In this document: positions 29,389 to 39,374 of the stretch, piece by piece
Numbering within the stretch: position 1 is the first letter of the stretch
Layout of the letters: every line of letters begins with the position of its first letter
Assembly (NCBI GenBank): GCA_965207885.1
Contig: OZ242311.1
Span: 3,008,001 to 3,072,000, forward strand
Source: Candidatus Latescibacterota bacterium
Lineage (GTDB): Bacteria > Latescibacterota > UBA2968
Direction: 5' to 3'
Length of the DNA: 64,000 nt
The notes under the pieces: model-generated
What the model was told of the DNA's origin: nothing
Databases searched by the model: none
Seen by the model: the letters and a program-made list of their open reading frames with translations, nothing else
Position numbers and translations under genes: made by a program

Positions 29389-31077
29389 TCAGGCTTCATC
29401 AAAGACATCGTCTGCGTCTCGAATGGTGTAGCGATAGCCCTGTTCGGTGAGGAAGGTCTGGCGATTTCGGGCAAATTCTTGTTCGCGGGTGTCGCGCGTG
29501 ACGAGGGTGTAAAAATGAGCCAGGCTGCCATCGGATTTGGGGCGCAATATGCGCCCGAGGCGCTGGGCTTCTTCCTGGCGCGAGCCGTAAGTGCCAGAAA
29601 TCTGAATGGCGACGCTGGCGTCGGGCAGATCGACGGCAAAATTGGCGACTTTGGACACGACGAGGATCTTGATTTTGCCTTTTCGAAATGCTTCGTAGAG
29701 GAGGTCGCGGTCTTCGGTGGGAGTTTTGCCCATTATTAACGGGGCGTCGAGTTCTCGTGCAATATATTCGACCTGGCGGATGTATTGCCCAATGACGAGG
29801 ATTTGGTCGCCTTTGTGTTTTTTGAGCAGGTGCTTGACCATGTGGATTTTGTCGGCATTTTCCGATGCAATTCGGAATTTGGCGCGTCTATCTGCTATGG
29901 CATAGCTGAGCCGCTTGCCCTGTGGCAGTAGCAGGCGAATTTCACAGCATTCTGCGGTTGCTATCCAGCCACTGGATTCGAGTTCTCGCCAGGGCACGTC
30001 GTAGCGCTTGGGTCCGATGAGCGAAAAGACATCGGTTTCGAGGCCATCTTCGCGCACGAGAGTGGCTGTGAGACCCAGACGACGCCGGGATTGCAATTCG
30101 GCGGTAAAGCGAAATACGGGCGCGGGAAGCAGGTGGACTTCGTCGTAAATAATGAGACCCCAATTGCCCTGATTGAAAATACCGAAGTGGGGGAAGTCCT
30201 CCTCCCGGCTCTTGCGATAGGTCAGGATATTGTAGGTGGCAATGGTAACGGGCCGAATTTCTTTGCGCTCGCCAGAATATTCGCCTATCTGGTCGTCGGT
30301 GAGGCTCGTTTTGTCGATGAGTTCTGCTTTCCACTGGCGAGACGCCGTGATATTGGTAGTCAGGATCAGGGTTTCGCACTGGAGGGTATTCATCGCGGCC
30401 ATGCCCACAATGGTTTTGCCCGCGCCGCAGGGCAAGACCACTGTGCCGCTTCCGCCATCGGGACCTCCGCCCGCGTGGAATATATCGACGGCCTCGCGCT
30501 GATAATCGCGCAATGCGAAGGGATTGCCCGATAGAGCAGTCTGGCGATGTTGAAATTTGAGTGTTCTGCCTTTGAGGTATCCCGCGCGATCTTTGACCGG
30601 GAATCCAATGCGCGTGAGGGCCTGTTTGAGGTGCCCTCGATAGAGAGGCAAAATGCGAATGCGATGGGCGTTGAGTCGCTTTTCAATATAGGGCTGGACG
30701 GTTTTGTGGCGGCAGATTTCGAGGATGATTAGCGGGTCTTCGGAAGACAGGATGAGCGCGTCGTCTTCTTTGTCGAGATAGACTTTGCCATAGCGACTCA
30801 TTGCCTCGCGGATTTCAACGCCCACATTCTGGGGAATGTCGTATTTGCCGTAGGTTTCGAGGGTGGTGATGATTTCTTCGGTGGTGACACCGGCTGCGGC
30901 CGCATTCCAGAGCGAGAGGGGATTGACGCGGTACGTGTGTATGTGTTCGGGGCTTTTTTCCAGTTCGGCAAAGCGCACGAGCCGATCTCGCGCCGCTTCG
31001 TATCTGGGCGAGTTGACTTCGACGAGAACCGTCAGGTCGCTCTGGATGATGAGGGGATTTTCAGGGTTATAGTTCAT
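29389..31077 (-). CDS. Bacterial XPB/Rad25 (ERCC3-like) SF2 DNA helicase
   Basis: PLIIQSD...FAELEKSPEHIHTYR..PLSLWNA N-terminal domain; LRDYQ, LPCGAGKT, DEVH, LTAT and QRLGRILR motifs. Confidence 0.96.
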   Translation of the reverse strand: MNYNPENPLIIQSDLTVLVEVNSPRYEAARDRLVRFAELEKSPEHIHTYRVNPLSLWNAAAAGVTTEEIITTLETYGKYDIPQNVGVEIREAMSRYGKVYLDKEDDALILSSEDPLIILEICRHKTVQPYIEKRLNAHRIRILPLYRGHLKQALTRIGFPVKDRAGYLKGRTLKFQHRQTALSGNPFALRDYQREAVDIFHAGGGPDGGSGTVVLPCGAGKTIVGMAAMNTLQCETLILTTNITASRQWKAELIDKTSLTDDQIGEYSGERKEIRPVTIATYNILTYRKSREEDFPHFGIFNQGNWGLIIYDEVHLLPAPVFRFTAELQSRRRLGLTATLVREDGLETDVFSLIGPKRYDVPWRELESSGWIATAECCEIRLLLPQGKRLSYAIADRRAKFRIASENADKIHMVKHLLKKHKGDQILVIGQYIRQVEYIARELDAPLIMGKTPTEDRDLLYEAFRKGKIKILVVSKVANFAVDLPDASVAIQISGTYGSRQEEAQRLGRILRPKSDGSLAHFYTLVTRDTREQEFARNRQTFLTEQGYRYTIRDADDVFDEA

Positions 31078-31080
31078 ATT

Positions 31081-32769
31081 TTATATGCGTTCTACCGTCA
31101 CGTAATACGCGCCGGCGAGGCGATTGCCACTCGCGTCTATCCACCACGTTTGTATAGTTGTGGGACCGCTCGACAAATCCACTGTAAATGTTACGGATAG
31201 GTCGTCGGGGCGCACGTCCATTTCCTGTTCAGATCCTCCGATCTGCATCCACGCCCGATCCACGGGTAGTGCTTTTCCAGCCATCAATGTGCCGTCAACG
31301 CCTTCCATCACGGGGGCTGGTGCTGTAATTGCGAGATTCGATTCTCTGGGCCAGCGCCGCAAGGTGATGTCGTATTTCCCGGATTGTGTAACTGCGAGTT
31401 GCCAGATACCGCTGTCCATCACACATCCGCGCACGCCTCCGGGATTGTCGCAATAGACCCCCATCCAATCACAACTGGACAATCGCGTAGATTTTTCCTC
31501 CTTTGTCCCAATGGAAATGGGGAAGTAAATATCGAGGTTTTTGCCGAGCGCGTCCCACCGCGCATCGTAATGCGCCCGCATCTTTTGCACGACATCGGGA
31601 TGCTGGTCGGCGATGTTGTGTTCTTGCGCGGGATCGCTGTCGAGGTGATACAGTTCGGTATAATCCACGAGACGCCAGCGATTCCATAAAACAGCAGCAT
31701 TGCCTTTGCGCGTGGTTCGGTTTCCCTTTGGGACATTGTGGCCGTATTGTACGACGAGCATCCGGTCTTCCAATTCTTCGCGTTCGCGCAAGAGGCCGGT
31801 TAGAGAAACGCCATCACAGGCAGTTCCTTCTGGTTCGTCGAGACCGCAGAGGGAGATCAGGGTTGGCAATACATCTGTACCGTGCGTGGGATCGGGTATA
31901 TCGCGGGGATCTCCCAACTGTCCTTCGGGCCAGCGAATAAAAAATGGAACGCGATGACCGCCTTCATAGAGCGTGGTCTTTTTTCCGCGCATGCCAGCGT
32001 TGTACACGGTTTCCCCGTTTGCCGTCCCATTATCGGTCATAAAAATCAAAATGGTATTGTCGCGCAGTCCGGTTTTGAGGAGAAAGGCGTCGAGCTTGCC
32101 CATATTTTCGTCGATATTGGCAATCATACCGTAAAAACTGGCGACATTATATGCGACCTGGTCGAGATAGGGTTGGCGGTATGCGTCGGGGACCCAAAGT
32201 GGGGTATGGGGGGCGTTGGTGGCGATGTAAGCAAAAAACGGCATGTCATCCTGTTTCTCGATCCAGTCCATGGCTTCGTCAAACCACACATCTGTGCAAT
32301 ACCCTTCAAAAGCCTCTATTGTTCCATTGTGCCGATAGTGGTCGTCGAAATAATCATTGCCGAAATAATCTGCAGCGGATGTAATGCCCCAGGCGGGATG
32401 GTGAATCGTTTCATGAAAACCCCGGTCCTGTGGACGGTAGGGGTAATTGTCGCCGAGGTGCCATTTGCCAAAATGCCCCGTGCGGTAGCCATTCAGGCCG
32501 AAAATATCCGCCATAGTCGGCACTTCGGGATTCATCAACGACCGCCCCATGCACACAAATGTGGCGCCATTGCGGAGCGCGTCCTGGCCTGTCAGCAGTT
32601 CGCCGCGCGTTGGCGTACACATGGGCGCGACGTGGAAATCCGTGAACCGAATGCTCTCGTTGTGTAACGCGTCTAAATTAGGCGTTTTTATGATCGGATT
32701 GCCGTGGCAAGAGAGATCGCCATATCCCTGATCATCGGTCAAAACAAAAATTACATTGGGTTTGTTCAT
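31081..32769 (-). CDS. Arylsulfatase (Cys-type)
   Basis: PNVIFVLTDDQGYGD, CTPTR, GKWHLG, TDNG and YEGGHRVP motifs. Confidence 0.94.
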   Translation of the reverse strand: MNKPNVIFVLTDDQGYGDLSCHGNPIIKTPNLDALHNESIRFTDFHVAPMCTPTRGELLTGQDALRNGATFVCMGRSLMNPEVPTMADIFGLNGYRTGHFGKWHLGDNYPYRPQDRGFHETIHHPAWGITSAADYFGNDYFDDHYRHNGTIEAFEGYCTDVWFDEAMDWIEKQDDMPFFAYIATNAPHTPLWVPDAYRQPYLDQVAYNVASFYGMIANIDENMGKLDAFLLKTGLRDNTILIFMTDNGTANGETVYNAGMRGKKTTLYEGGHRVPFFIRWPEGQLGDPRDIPDPTHGTDVLPTLISLCGLDEPEGTACDGVSLTGLLREREELEDRMLVVQYGHNVPKGNRTTRKGNAAVLWNRWRLVDYTELYHLDSDPAQEHNIADQHPDVVQKMRAHYDARWDALGKNLDIYFPISIGTKEEKSTRLSSCDWMGVYCDNPGGVRGCVMDSGIWQLAVTQSGKYDITLRRWPRESNLAITAPAPVMEGVDGTLMAGKALPVDRAWMQIGGSEQEMDVRPDDLSVTFTVDLSSGPTTIQTWWIDASGNRLAGAYYVTVERI

Positions 32770-32785
32770 ATCTTCTCTGGAAAGA

Positions 32786-33799
32786 TCATTTGTCTTGAAA
32801 AAACGCGCGGTGAATGGTGAAAGATTTGGCGACGAGATCTACCCGTCTCAAAATGGGGGCCTTTTTTTTGTTGGGCGAATAAAGCCCTATGTCGATAAAA
32901 AATAGCCGGTTGAGATCGACATCGACAAAAGCATAGCTCTTAAAGGGGCCGCCTTTCCACTCGGCTTCATTTTCCCAAAGGCCCTGAAGTACTACGGCGA
33001 GTTTGCCCGCAAATTCGGTTTGTCTAACTGTGACTTCGCCCAGGACAATGCGATCGCCGCCAAACCACTGTCCCGTGATGTCATCCCGCTTTTGAATAAC
33101 CCAGTCTTCGGTGAGTTGATCGGGGTGTACATCGTCTTCCCAATAGACGGAAAGCCAGCGGTTGGGATTATCTCTGGCAAGCACGACAAAGTTGGGATAG
33201 GTTTCGAGGATACGATAGCCAAAGGGCACGCGTACATTCCAACCATAGGTCTCGGCGAGTTCCTGGGTGACATCTTTGCGTTCGCCAAAGCTGTAAACAT
33301 TTTCTCGCACACTGTGATCAACGGCATTTTCCAGAGTGCTATACAAACGATCGGATTCCATAAAGAGGTTTTCAACGGTAGTCTCTATATTTTTTCCCGA
33401 TACGATATAAAGGGTTTGATCTTTAGCCCACACATCTTTTTTCCAGGTTACACCTGCACGACCATCCAAAATGGCTTGTTGCACCTCGGGACTGAGTATT
33501 TCTTTGACGAATTGTGCGGTGGGATGGTTGGCATTGAGGGGCGCAATAACCATGAGGCTTTTTCGCTGTTCGTGTTTGTGTGCCTTGAGGAAATTGACAT
33601 CGCCCAATGCAATTTCATAAATGCGCTCGGCCTGAGGCGTATAGATAACGGTTTCAAAAATTTCGCGGAGGGGGTCTTCCAGCGTTTGCCAATCGGTAGA
33701 GTCGGCCAGTACGATGATTTTGCGAGCGGGACCGAGAGATTCGGGCAAGTGGTTGCCACATCCGACGCACAAGAGCAGGAAAAATAGAAGAAGGCGCAT
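32786..33799 (-). CDS. Lipoprotein, DUF4837-like
   Basis: Lipobox-like LCVGC after ATG 33799; TPQ.E, DVWAKDQ, GLWE....GGPF.SY and YSP..KK motifs. Confidence 0.75.
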   Translation of the reverse strand: MRLLLFFLLLCVGCGNHLPESLGPARKIIVLADSTDWQTLEDPLREIFETVIYTPQAERIYEIALGDVNFLKAHKHEQRKSLMVIAPLNANHPTAQFVKEILSPEVQQAILDGRAGVTWKKDVWAKDQTLYIVSGKNIETTVENLFMESDRLYSTLENAVDHSVRENVYSFGERKDVTQELAETYGWNVRVPFGYRILETYPNFVVLARDNPNRWLSVYWEDDVHPDQLTEDWVIQKRDDITGQWFGGDRIVLGEVTVRQTEFAGKLAVVLQGLWENEAEWKGGPFKSYAFVDVDLNRLFFIDIGLYSPNKKKAPILRRVDLVAKSFTIHRAFFQDK

Positions 33800-33876
33800 A
33801 AAGCGGTACCCAGTAGAAAGGGGAACGAGAAAAGATAAAGATAATAGGATTTGAAGACAGAAACAACGTTCAAATT

Positions 33877-34992
33877 TTACGAAATATAGTGCCGGGGAAG
33901 ACGCGCGCCGAGCAGGGAGACAACTTCGTGTGAGATATAATTTCCCCATTGGGCGAGGTCGTTCACGGTGATTTTGCGGTCGCCCTGTTGCCCGAGCAGT
34001 ACGATTTCCTCACCGACGGCAACAGGCGGTATATCTGTGACATCGATCATGATGACGTCCATGCAGATCGCGCCGACAACCGGGCAGGATTTACCGTTGA
34101 TGAGGACGTGGGATTTATTGGACATCTGACGGTTGTACCCATCGGCATATCCCAGGGGGGCGAGGGCGATGCGAGAGGGGCGCGTAAGTGTGTATGTGCC
34201 GCCGTAACTGAGGGTTTGGCCAGCAGAAAAGTTTCGCACTTGTGTGATCTGCGCTTTGATGGATAGCGCAGGAGAAAGCGAGAGTGGGCCTGCACCTTGC
34301 GTGGGGGGAATGCCATAGGTGAGCAATCCCACGCGCACGAGGTCAAAATGCGATTCGGGCATGTGAACGGTCATGACGCTGTTGGCGGCGTGACGCCAGG
34401 GAACGGAAATATCTGTGAGTTTAGACAGGCAGGCGGCAAATGTTTTGATCTGATGGCGCGCCTTGTCCATGTATTCTGCGCGTTCCCAGGCTACATGTGT
34501 TGCGATGCCTTCGAGGAATAAATGGGGATTCTGGTCGATTTTTTTGGCAAAGGCGAGCACCTCATCGGATAATAAACCAAGGCGGCCCATGCCGGTATCG
34601 ACTTTGAGATGTATGCGGGCGCGTGTATTGTGGCGTTTGGCTGCGGCTTCCAGCGGTGGTATCGCGTCGGGATGGCCGATGGTTTGAGACAGGTTGTGGA
34701 CAACGATGCTGTCGGCCTGTTCGGGCATGGTGGGTGCGAGTACGACCACTGGTGCTGTGATACCCGCGCTGCGAAGGGCAACGCCTTCTTGCAGCAGGGC
34801 AACGCCGAGTGCAGACGCGCCGCCTTTGATGGCTGCTCTGGAAGCGGGTATGAGGCCATGGCCGTAGGCATTGGCTTTGACAATGGCCATGACCTGCGTT
34901 GTTGGCGAGACGAACTGACGGACTGCGGAAATATTGTTCGCAATGGCTGATAGATTTACTTCGATCCAGGCGGGGCGGTCGGGTTGGGGCAT
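33877..34992 (-). CDS. alr: Alanine racemase
   Basis: AIVKANAYGHG (PLP lysine), HLKVDTGMGRLG, HAANS, GYADGY and ICMD motifs. Confidence 0.97.
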   Translation of the reverse strand: MPQPDRPAWIEVNLSAIANNISAVRQFVSPTTQVMAIVKANAYGHGLIPASRAAIKGGASALGVALLQEGVALRSAGITAPVVVLAPTMPEQADSIVVHNLSQTIGHPDAIPPLEAAAKRHNTRARIHLKVDTGMGRLGLLSDEVLAFAKKIDQNPHLFLEGIATHVAWERAEYMDKARHQIKTFAACLSKLTDISVPWRHAANSVMTVHMPESHFDLVRVGLLTYGIPPTQGAGPLSLSPALSIKAQITQVRNFSAGQTLSYGGTYTLTRPSRIALAPLGYADGYNRQMSNKSHVLINGKSCPVVGAICMDVIMIDVTDIPPVAVGEEIVLLGQQGDRKITVNDLAQWGNYISHEVVSLLGARLPRHYIS

Positions 34993-37900
34993 TTAGTAGA
35001 GTACCTCAAAGCGCGATCCCAGGTCGGGATATTTGGTGACTTCGATGCGCACGGGAAATGCCTGTTTGAGCGATTCGACGTGGGTAATAATCAATATTTT
35101 TTCAAAATCCCCGCTGATAGCCTGGATGGCTTCCACGAGGTGATCGAGTCCTTCGGCATCCTGAGTGCCAAAGCCCTCGTCGATAACCAGGGTCCTCAGG
35201 CGCGTGCCCGTGCGCCGAGATAGGAGTTTAGACAGGGCTATGCGAATAGAGAAGTCAATGCGAAAAGCTTCCCCGCCCGAATAGAGTTCGTAGCTGCGTT
35301 CGCCGAGTTCGTCGCTAATTTTAATGTCGAGGGTTTCGCGCGTTCCCCCGGTTTTGAGGTCGCGCAGAGATTCCAGGGCGATTTGGGTGCGGTTGTCCGT
35401 CAGGCGCGCGAGAATGCGATTGGCTTCTTCTTCGATTTCTGGAATGGCCTGTTCGATGATGAGTGCCTGAATGCCGTCTTTGCCAAATGCGGTGGTCAGT
35501 TCGCGGTAGATGCGGATGTCGCGTTCGCAGGATTTGATTTTCTCCTCGACGGCGTTTTGTTCTGCGCTGAGTGCATCGCAGTGTTCAATTTGGGATTGCA
35601 GGGCGGCATTCTGCTGGAGCAGGTTGTCGCGCTGGGCGCGCATCTGTGCAATAGTTTTTTCCAGAGTATTGGCTTCTTCAAGGGTTGATTCGGCGCTGTT
35701 GATGGCTGCGGTGATTTCCGTCAGGCGTTGTCGCGCTTGCCCGTCGCGCTCTGTGAGTTCTGTGAGGCGTTTTTTTGCGGTGTTAAATTGCGTTTGCGCA
35801 TTTTCAAGGTCGCGTTCGGCCACTTGAAGGCGTTCGTATTGCGTTGGCGCATCTTGCAGGGCGGCGAGTTGCTGAGAGATGCGCTGGTGGTGTTCGGCAT
35901 TGTAATCCAGAGTGCGGATGCGCTGGTGTACCTGTTCGCGTTCTGCTTGTTCATTGGGTGCGTATTTGGCCTCGTCCAGCCATTGTTGTGCGAGGTCGCG
36001 TTTTTCTCGAAATGCGGGCAATTCCGCGAGGACTTTTTCACGCTGTTCTGAGGCGAGTTGAAGTTGGGCATTTTGTGCCTCGACAGAGTCGAGTGCTTTG
36101 AGTTTTTCGCGCAGGGTGCGGTGTTCTGCCGGGTTATAGGTGAGGTTTTCAAGCGCACTGTGGGCCTGGGATAGCGCGCGCGCATCCGGGCTGTTCTGGG
36201 TTTGTTCACGCAATTGAGTTTCCAGGTCACTGATTTTAGCCGACAATGTTTCGCTGATTTGCACGGCCTTTTCGGCTTCTTTTAGTGCGGCTTCGGCTTC
36301 GGCGAGGTGTTGGGCGGTGTCTTCGCTCTGTGCGAGTTGGTTTTTAATTTTTTGATAGCGATGTCTGTGCTGTTCGCGTTCTGCTTCGGCTTTTTGAATA
36401 TCCGACTCCAATTGTGTGATCTGCGTCTGTTGTTCTCTCATCTGATTTGAGAGTTTTGTCGCTACTTCTTCGCGGTGGGCCTTGTCGAGTTCGCTGCCAC
36501 ATAAAGGACAGGAGGCATCCTGGACATTTTGCAAAATTTGCTGTTGTTGAGCAATGTCTTCGCGGGCTTGTCGCAGAGTGTTGAGGCGTTCGCTGTTATT
36601 TTCAATCTGAATTTTATAGGCACTACCTTTGTTGCGAATCTCATCGCGTTTGGCTTCGAGAGATTGAATTTCTTCGGCTTGTACGCGGAGGGATCGCCGC
36701 GTTTCTCGCCGCGTTTCAATGTCGGCCACCAGTACATCGGTTTGTTGTCTGTGATGTGTGTGGGTGCTGATCTCTATTTTTATATTTTCAATAGCACTGT
36801 CTATTTGTCGCTCGATGTCTCGAATATTGCGCTCAACGCGCTCCCGGTTTTCGCGTATCTCTTCCCATTCGCGATCCTGTTGTCTGGCTTTGTGCAATGC
36901 CTCGAGTTGTGTTTGAATGGTCTCGCGATCGGAGAGAAGTGCTTCTGTTTCTCGCAATGTGCGTTCTGCATCGCCAATGCGTATTTGCCATTCGCCGAGG
37001 CGGCGTTCCACTTCGTGACGCCGGTCGGCGATTTTTTGATCGAGTTCTCCTGCGCGTTTCTCAAGTGGTCTCAATGTGTGTAGTTTTGTTTGCAGGTCTG
37101 CGTCTTCTTTTTGAAGTGCCCGATATTTTTCGGCGGCATTTGTGATTTCGGCGCGTCTGTCGAGGATTTCGCGATAGGTTGCCACGTCTTGTTGCGCTTT
37201 TTCACACGCGGTTTGTTGTTCTTGCATGTCCGATTCAATGCGCGATATTTCTTTTTGAAGTGCCTCGCGCTCGGCTTCACGGCGTTCGCGTTGGGTGCGT
37301 ATTTTTCGCAGTTCTTCGCGGCGATTTTCCGCGCTTTCCAATTCGCTATTGCAGGCCTGGAGTTGTGCGTTGACGCCGTCGCGCTGTACTACAAATTCAT
37401 CGCGTTTTTCAATGGTCTGCACGATGTCATCTCTTTTTGCGCGAGCGGTTGCGAGTTCTATATCTCCCTCGTGTGCGCGTTCTCGCGCCAGGGAAGACAG
37501 GTCGTCGTAATGCGATAGGCCGAGAATATCTGAGAGAAGGGCTTTTCGCTGGCTCGCTTTGCAACGCGTAAATTCGTCTGCGCGCCCCTGAAGAAGAAAA
37601 GCCGAGTTAATAAAGGTCTCATAAGTCATTCGCAACAGGGTGTCAATACTGGCCTGTGTTTGGCGCACAGCACTTTCTTCCGAGAGGGTTTTGTATGCGT
37701 TCGTTTCCGGCGAGTAAATCTGAAATTCGAGGCGGGTGGTCGCGCTTTTGCCGGTTTTGCGAAAGCTGCGGCTGATGCGATAGCGATCATTTTCGAGGAA
37801 AAATTCAAAATCAACCCGCATTTCAGTGGCGCCAATTCGCAGCAGGCCGTCGTTGGGACGGCGTTCACTGCCAGATTTGCGGGCCTCTCCCCACAGTGCC

Positions 37901-38043
37901 CAGGTGATGGCATCGAGCAGAGCAGATTTGCCGTGCCCATTGCGACCGCTTATGCAGGCGACGTGAAAGCCCGAAAAATCGAGGGGGGGCACGTTTTCGC
38001 CGTAGCTGAGAAAGTTCTGCAGGGAAAGGCTTATGGGAATCAT
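34993..38043 (-). CDS. sbcC: SbcC/Rad50 SMC-like ATPase
   Basis: Walker A GRNGHGKS; Q-loop LLQG; coiled coils with CPLCG zinc hook; YSGGE, IDEGFG and ITH motifs. Confidence 0.95.
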   Translation of the reverse strand: MIPISLSLQNFLSYGENVPPLDFSGFHVACISGRNGHGKSALLDAITWALWGEARKSGSERRPNDGLLRIGATEMRVDFEFFLENDRYRISRSFRKTGKSATTRLEFQIYSPETNAYKTLSEESAVRQTQASIDTLLRMTYETFINSAFLLQGRADEFTRCKASQRKALLSDILGLSHYDDLSSLARERAHEGDIELATARAKRDDIVQTIEKRDEFVVQRDGVNAQLQACNSELESAENRREELRKIRTQRERREAEREALQKEISRIESDMQEQQTACEKAQQDVATYREILDRRAEITNAAEKYRALQKEDADLQTKLHTLRPLEKRAGELDQKIADRRHEVERRLGEWQIRIGDAERTLRETEALLSDRETIQTQLEALHKARQQDREWEEIRENRERVERNIRDIERQIDSAIENIKIEISTHTHHRQQTDVLVADIETRRETRRSLRVQAEEIQSLEAKRDEIRNKGSAYKIQIENNSERLNTLRQAREDIAQQQQILQNVQDASCPLCGSELDKAHREEVATKLSNQMREQQTQITQLESDIQKAEAEREQHRHRYQKIKNQLAQSEDTAQHLAEAEAALKEAEKAVQISETLSAKISDLETQLREQTQNSPDARALSQAHSALENLTYNPAEHRTLREKLKALDSVEAQNAQLQLASEQREKVLAELPAFREKRDLAQQWLDEAKYAPNEQAEREQVHQRIRTLDYNAEHHQRISQQLAALQDAPTQYERLQVAERDLENAQTQFNTAKKRLTELTERDGQARQRLTEITAAINSAESTLEEANTLEKTIAQMRAQRDNLLQQNAALQSQIEHCDALSAEQNAVEEKIKSCERDIRIYRELTTAFGKDGIQALIIEQAIPEIEEEANRILARLTDNRTQIALESLRDLKTGGTRETLDIKISDELGERSYELYSGGEAFRIDFSIRIALSKLLSRRTGTRLRTLVIDEGFGTQDAEGLDHLVEAIQAISGDFEKILIITHVESLKQAFPVRIEVTKYPDLGSRFEVLY

Positions 38044-39281
38044 TCGCCACCTCTGAGTTCTGCTTCGAGTTGCGCGCCGTAATTCTGGAGGTCTTTTTCG
38101 ATGTCTTTGAGATCGGGGTGATTTTGCAAATATGCGTGGAGCGCGTCTTTTATGCCCATATCTTCTGAGATATTGGCTCTGCGTTGGTGTTTTTGTGCCC
38201 TGGGTTTGGGCGCAATGCTGGCGACCATGAACGCGTCTTTGAGCGCGTTTTTGATGGCTTTGAGGTCAACGGTATCTGTGCGGTCGCCGGGCAAATCGTA
38301 GATAACGCGCACAATGGCATCGGTCAGGGTGTGTTTGCCGATGGCTTCGAGTATGGCTGTCGTAGGGTCCTGGTCTGGGGCGATATCAACCGATACCGTG
38401 CAAAAGGGACGGGCTGGCGTACTTACAAATTTGTAAGATGTCGTCCTCTCAGTCTCCTGAGTCTCTATTGTGACCAGGACGACGCCTTTGGTTTCCCGTT
38501 CTTCGCCAAAATCAATGCGTTCAATGCTGCCGGAATATACGACAGGGGGCTGGGCATTGAGATTGAGATCCTGAAATTTGTGGATATGCCCCAGAGCGAC
38601 GTAGTCAAAGGCGGGGTTGGCAAGTGTGCTGGTGAGAAAAACGGGATCGCGCCCAATTATTGCGGTTTGTTCAGAGCCGGACAAGGTGGCGTCGGCAGCA
38701 GCGAGGTGGCCCACGAGCACGGCGGGGATATCGGGCTTGATCTGGGTGACCAGGTTTTCAATCAGGAGGGCACCCAGATCTTGAAGTTTTTCGACGACTT
38801 CTTCTTGCGACAGGTTGTGATAGGGCCCCTGGGTCAACAGGCGGCTGCGGTGTAGCCAGGGCAAGCAGGCAATTTGAATGGGTCCTGATTTTGTGTCAAT
38901 GTCGATGAGGCGGTCTTCAGAGGCAATGTGGACACCTCTGGTGCCCAGTGTGCCAAAGATATCAACAGATGAGGCTTTGCCATAAGATACGGGGCTGTCG
39001 TGATTGCCGGTGATCATGACGATGGGAATGTCGCGGGCACTGAGCATGTGAATGAGAGATGCAAATTCGCGCTGGTGGGTGGGCGTGGGGTCGCATGAGC
39101 GGTAGGCATCACCGGAAAAGATGACGAGATCGACATCTTCTTTTATAGCTTCTTCAAACGAGAATCGCAGACTTTTGATAAAGTCTTGCAAGCGCGTGTG
39201 AAGGCCAGTAGCCGAATCGAGGCGGCCGTAATTTTCAACGCCAACATGGGTGTCGGCAACGTGTAGAAATTTGATGGACAT
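38040..39281 (-). CDS. sbcD: SbcD/Mre11 nuclease
   Basis: ADTH, SGD, GNHD, ALGHIH and YSGS..RIDFGE motifs; overlaps the sbcC start. Confidence 0.95.
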   Translation of the reverse strand: MSIKFLHVADTHVGVENYGRLDSATGLHTRLQDFIKSLRFSFEEAIKEDVDLVIFSGDAYRSCDPTPTHQREFASLIHMLSARDIPIVMITGNHDSPVSYGKASSVDIFGTLGTRGVHIASEDRLIDIDTKSGPIQIACLPWLHRSRLLTQGPYHNLSQEEVVEKLQDLGALLIENLVTQIKPDIPAVLVGHLAAADATLSGSEQTAIIGRDPVFLTSTLANPAFDYVALGHIHKFQDLNLNAQPPVVYSGSIERIDFGEERETKGVVLVTIETQETERTTSYKFVSTPARPFCTVSVDIAPDQDPTTAILEAIGKHTLTDAIVRVIYDLPGDRTDTVDLKAIKNALKDAFMVASIAPKPRAQKHQRRANISEDMGIKDALHAYLQNHPDLKDIEKDLQNYGAQLEAELRGGE

Positions 39282-39374
39282 AGCAAGAGAGGTCGTTATG
39301 GGGAGGGAGAGGATAGGGGAAATTTAAAGAAGAAATAAGAACGTGGAAAGAGCAAAGTTGCACACAGCACAGGT

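Noticed and set aside
32786-33949. Long N-terminal extension of the DUF4837-like ORF overlapping alr
   Set aside because: The lipoprotein signal begins at ATG 33799; the extension is a longest-ORF artefact. Similar start corrections were applied to several other genes
34993-39281. SMC-based defence system (Wadjet or Lamassu type)
   Set aside because: Zinc hook, Mre11-type partner and housekeeping context fit ordinary SbcCD; no kleisin, KITE or effector genes adjacent
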